Positions 62,242 through 64,000 of a DNA stretch of 64,000 nucleotides are shown one piece after another. A program made the position numbers and the translations under genes. Where the stretch lies: NCBI GenBank assembly GCA_963733635.1, contig CAVTEH010000009.1, positions 64,873-128,872 on the forward strand, written 5' to 3'. The stretch is from an uncultured Actinomycetota bacterium. Its GTDB lineage: Bacteria; Actinomycetota; UBA4738; HRBIN12. The notes below the pieces were generated by a model. It ran no database searches. It had not been told where the DNA came from and saw only the letters and a program-made list of their open reading frames with translations. Each line of letters opens with the position of its first letter. Position 1 is the stretch's first letter.

Positions 62242-63468
62242 ATGGCCGAGCTCTCCATCGATCGCTTCGTCGACCTATACGCACGGCGCACCTCCGGCAT
62301 GTCGGCTTCGGAGGTGCGCGCCTTGTTCGCGGTGGCTTCCCGGCCCGAGGTCGTCTCGCTGGCCGGAGGCATGCCGTTCGTGCATGCGATCCCGGAAGCC
62401 GACGTGTTGGAAGTCGTCCGGCAGGTTCTCGACGAACACGGCACGGCGTCGTTGCAGTACGGCGGGGGCCAGGGTGACGCGGCGCTCCGGGATCGGCTGA
62501 TCGAGCTGATGCGGGCGGAGAGCGTGACGGCTGAGGCCGACGACCTCGTGGTCACCACCGGGGCTCAGCAGGCGCTGGACCTAGTCGGCAAGATCTTCGT
62601 GAACCCCGGTGACCTCATCGCCGTGGAAGCTCCCGCCTACGTGGGCGCGCTCACCGCGTTCAGCGCATATGAACCGCGCTATCTGCAGATCGACCTGGAC
62701 GAAGACGGGATGATCGTCGATCAGCTCGAGGATGCCCTGGTGCGCGGCGAACGGCCCAAGTTCGTATACACCTGCCCCAACTTCGGGAATCCTGCCGGTG
62801 TGACTTTGTCATACGCCCGCCGGGAACAGCTCGTCTCCCTGTGCCGCGAGGCCTCTATCCCGATCATCGAGGACAACCCGTACGGCATGCTGCGGTTCGA
62901 GGGCCCGCCATCGCCATGCTTGCGAACCCTCGACCCCGAGAACGTGATCTACCTGGGCACGGTCTCGAAGGTCTTCTCCCCCGGCGTCCGGGTGGGATGG
63001 GCGCTCGCCGAGCAATCGGTGGTGCAGCGGCTGATCCTGGCGAAGGAGGCGGCCGACCTGTGTGGCTCCTCGTTCACGATGATGATGACCGAGCGATACT
63101 TCGCAGGCGATCGTTGGAGGGTGAACCTCACCACGTTGGTCGACACCTACCGTGCCCGCCGCGACACGATGCTGGAAGCGATCGAGGAGTGCTTCCCCGA
63201 ACACGCGCAGTGGACCAACCCCGCCGGCGGGTTCTACGTGTGGGTGACGCTGCCCGAGTGGTTCGATACTCGGGCGATGCTGGCCGCAGCCGTGGAGCGC
63301 CGTGTGGCGTACGTGCCCGGCACCGCCTTCTACCCTGACGGTCGCGGCAAGAACCAGATGCGACTAGCCTTCTGTTACCCCACCCAGGATCGGATCCGGG
63401 AGGGGATCGCCCGGCTCGGGTCGCTGTTGGAAGACGAAGAGCAGCTCTACCGGAGTCTTCACCTTTGA
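62242..63468 (+). CDS. PLP-dependent aminotransferase (class I/II, LysN-like)
   Basis: SLAGGMP, PNFGNPAG, EDNPYG, SKVFSPG.RVGW, VAYVPG. Confidence 0.93.
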   Translation: MAELSIDRFVDLYARRTSGMSASEVRALFAVASRPEVVSLAGGMPFVHAIPEADVLEVVRQVLDEHGTASLQYGGGQGDAALRDRLIELMRAESVTAEADDLVVTTGAQQALDLVGKIFVNPGDLIAVEAPAYVGALTAFSAYEPRYLQIDLDEDGMIVDQLEDALVRGERPKFVYTCPNFGNPAGVTLSYARREQLVSLCREASIPIIEDNPYGMLRFEGPPSPCLRTLDPENVIYLGTVSKVFSPGVRVGWALAEQSVVQRLILAKEAADLCGSSFTMMMTERYFAGDRWRVNLTTLVDTYRARRDTMLEAIEECFPEHAQWTNPAGGFYVWVTLPEWFDTRAMLAAAVERRVAYVPGTAFYPDGRGKNQMRLAFCYPTQDRIREGIARLGSLLEDEEQLYRSLHL

Positions 63469-64000
63469 AGATCGCGGTCCTCGCCGGGGGCCGCACGCCC
63501 GAACGCGACGTCTCTTCGCGGAGCGGGCACCGCGTCAAGGGCGCGCTGGAAGAGCTCGACCACGATGCGTTCGTGATCGATCCGGCCGAGTCACCGCTCG
63601 TGGAGGCGCTGGGCAAGACCCGCCCCGACCTGTGCTTCATGGCGCTCCATGGCAAGGAAGGCGAGGACGGGACGGTCCAGCGCCTGCTTGACCTGCTGGC
63701 CATCCCTTACACCGGAACCGCAGCATTCGCGTGTGAGCTGGCCTTCGACAAGGTCTTGGCCAAAGACGTGCTTGCCGACGCCGGGGTCCGAACCCCCGAC
63801 TGGGTCACGATCGAGGGGTGGGCCTTGAGGGACCTGGGAGCCGGAGCGGCGCTCGGGACGGCTGCGGAGAGGGTTGGTCTGCCGTGCGTCGTCAAACCCT
63901 CGAGGAGCGGTTCGGCGCTGGGTGTCGGCTTCGTCGAACGGGAGGCCGACCTGGCGGCCGCCGTGATGGCCGCACTGTCGTTCAGCGGTGCGGTCGTGGT
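63465..64000 (+). CDS. ddl: D-alanine--D-alanine ligase family protein (3'-truncated by the window edge)
   Basis: KIAVLAGG.TPERDVS..SG, ALHGKEGEDG.VQ, PYTG, FDK, VVKP.RSGSALG. Confidence 0.88.
   Translation, partial: MKIAVLAGGRTPERDVSSRSGHRVKGALEELDHDAFVIDPAESPLVEALGKTRPDLCFMALHGKEGEDGTVQRLLDLLAIPYTGTAAFACELAFDKVLAKDVLADAGVRTPDWVTIEGWALRDLGAGAALGTAAERVGLPCVVKPSRSGSALGVGFVEREADLAAAVMAALSFSGAVV

Overview
High-GC Actinomycetota DNA, probably from a deep-branching, uncultured-type lineage. Many apparent 1-bp indels, including in core genes, suggest an imperfectly polished long-read assembly. The window is framed by the conserved actinobacterial origin-proximal gene block. On the left are padR, ino1 and an MFS gene. 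On the right are cca, NUDIX, a DUF6049-like gene, murJ, sigM/anti-sigma, trxB, trxA, a cwlM-like gene, an aminotransferase and ddl. About 38 kb of accessory DNA lies between them. The first part of that accessory DNA carries chrA, tusA-dsrE, an ABC-F ATPase, a matrixin, sodX/sodN, a ychF-like gene, a mod locus, lepB and a P-type ATPase. The window opens with a putative corrinoid ECF transporter. The most striking element is a ~20 kb array (28.0-47.9 kb) built on two ~1,650-aa NLR-like regulators (SARP wHTH-BTAD + pseudokinase + nSTAND1 NTPase + TM helix + WD40), plus the stump of a third. All three are transcribed divergently from operons of secreted proteins: TolB/PD40 lipoproteins, dirigent/AOC-like beta-barrels and a sulfatase. 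A small-peptide/Cys-His protein pair belongs to the same set. All five minus-strand transcription units carry the same 11-bp-period TCAAG-N6-TCAAG box 61-88 bp upstream of their start codons, so a regulon can be read directly from the sequence. No rRNA, tRNA, CRISPR array, integrase or transposase was recognised. All coordinates were read by eye; ends of frameshifted genes are approximate.
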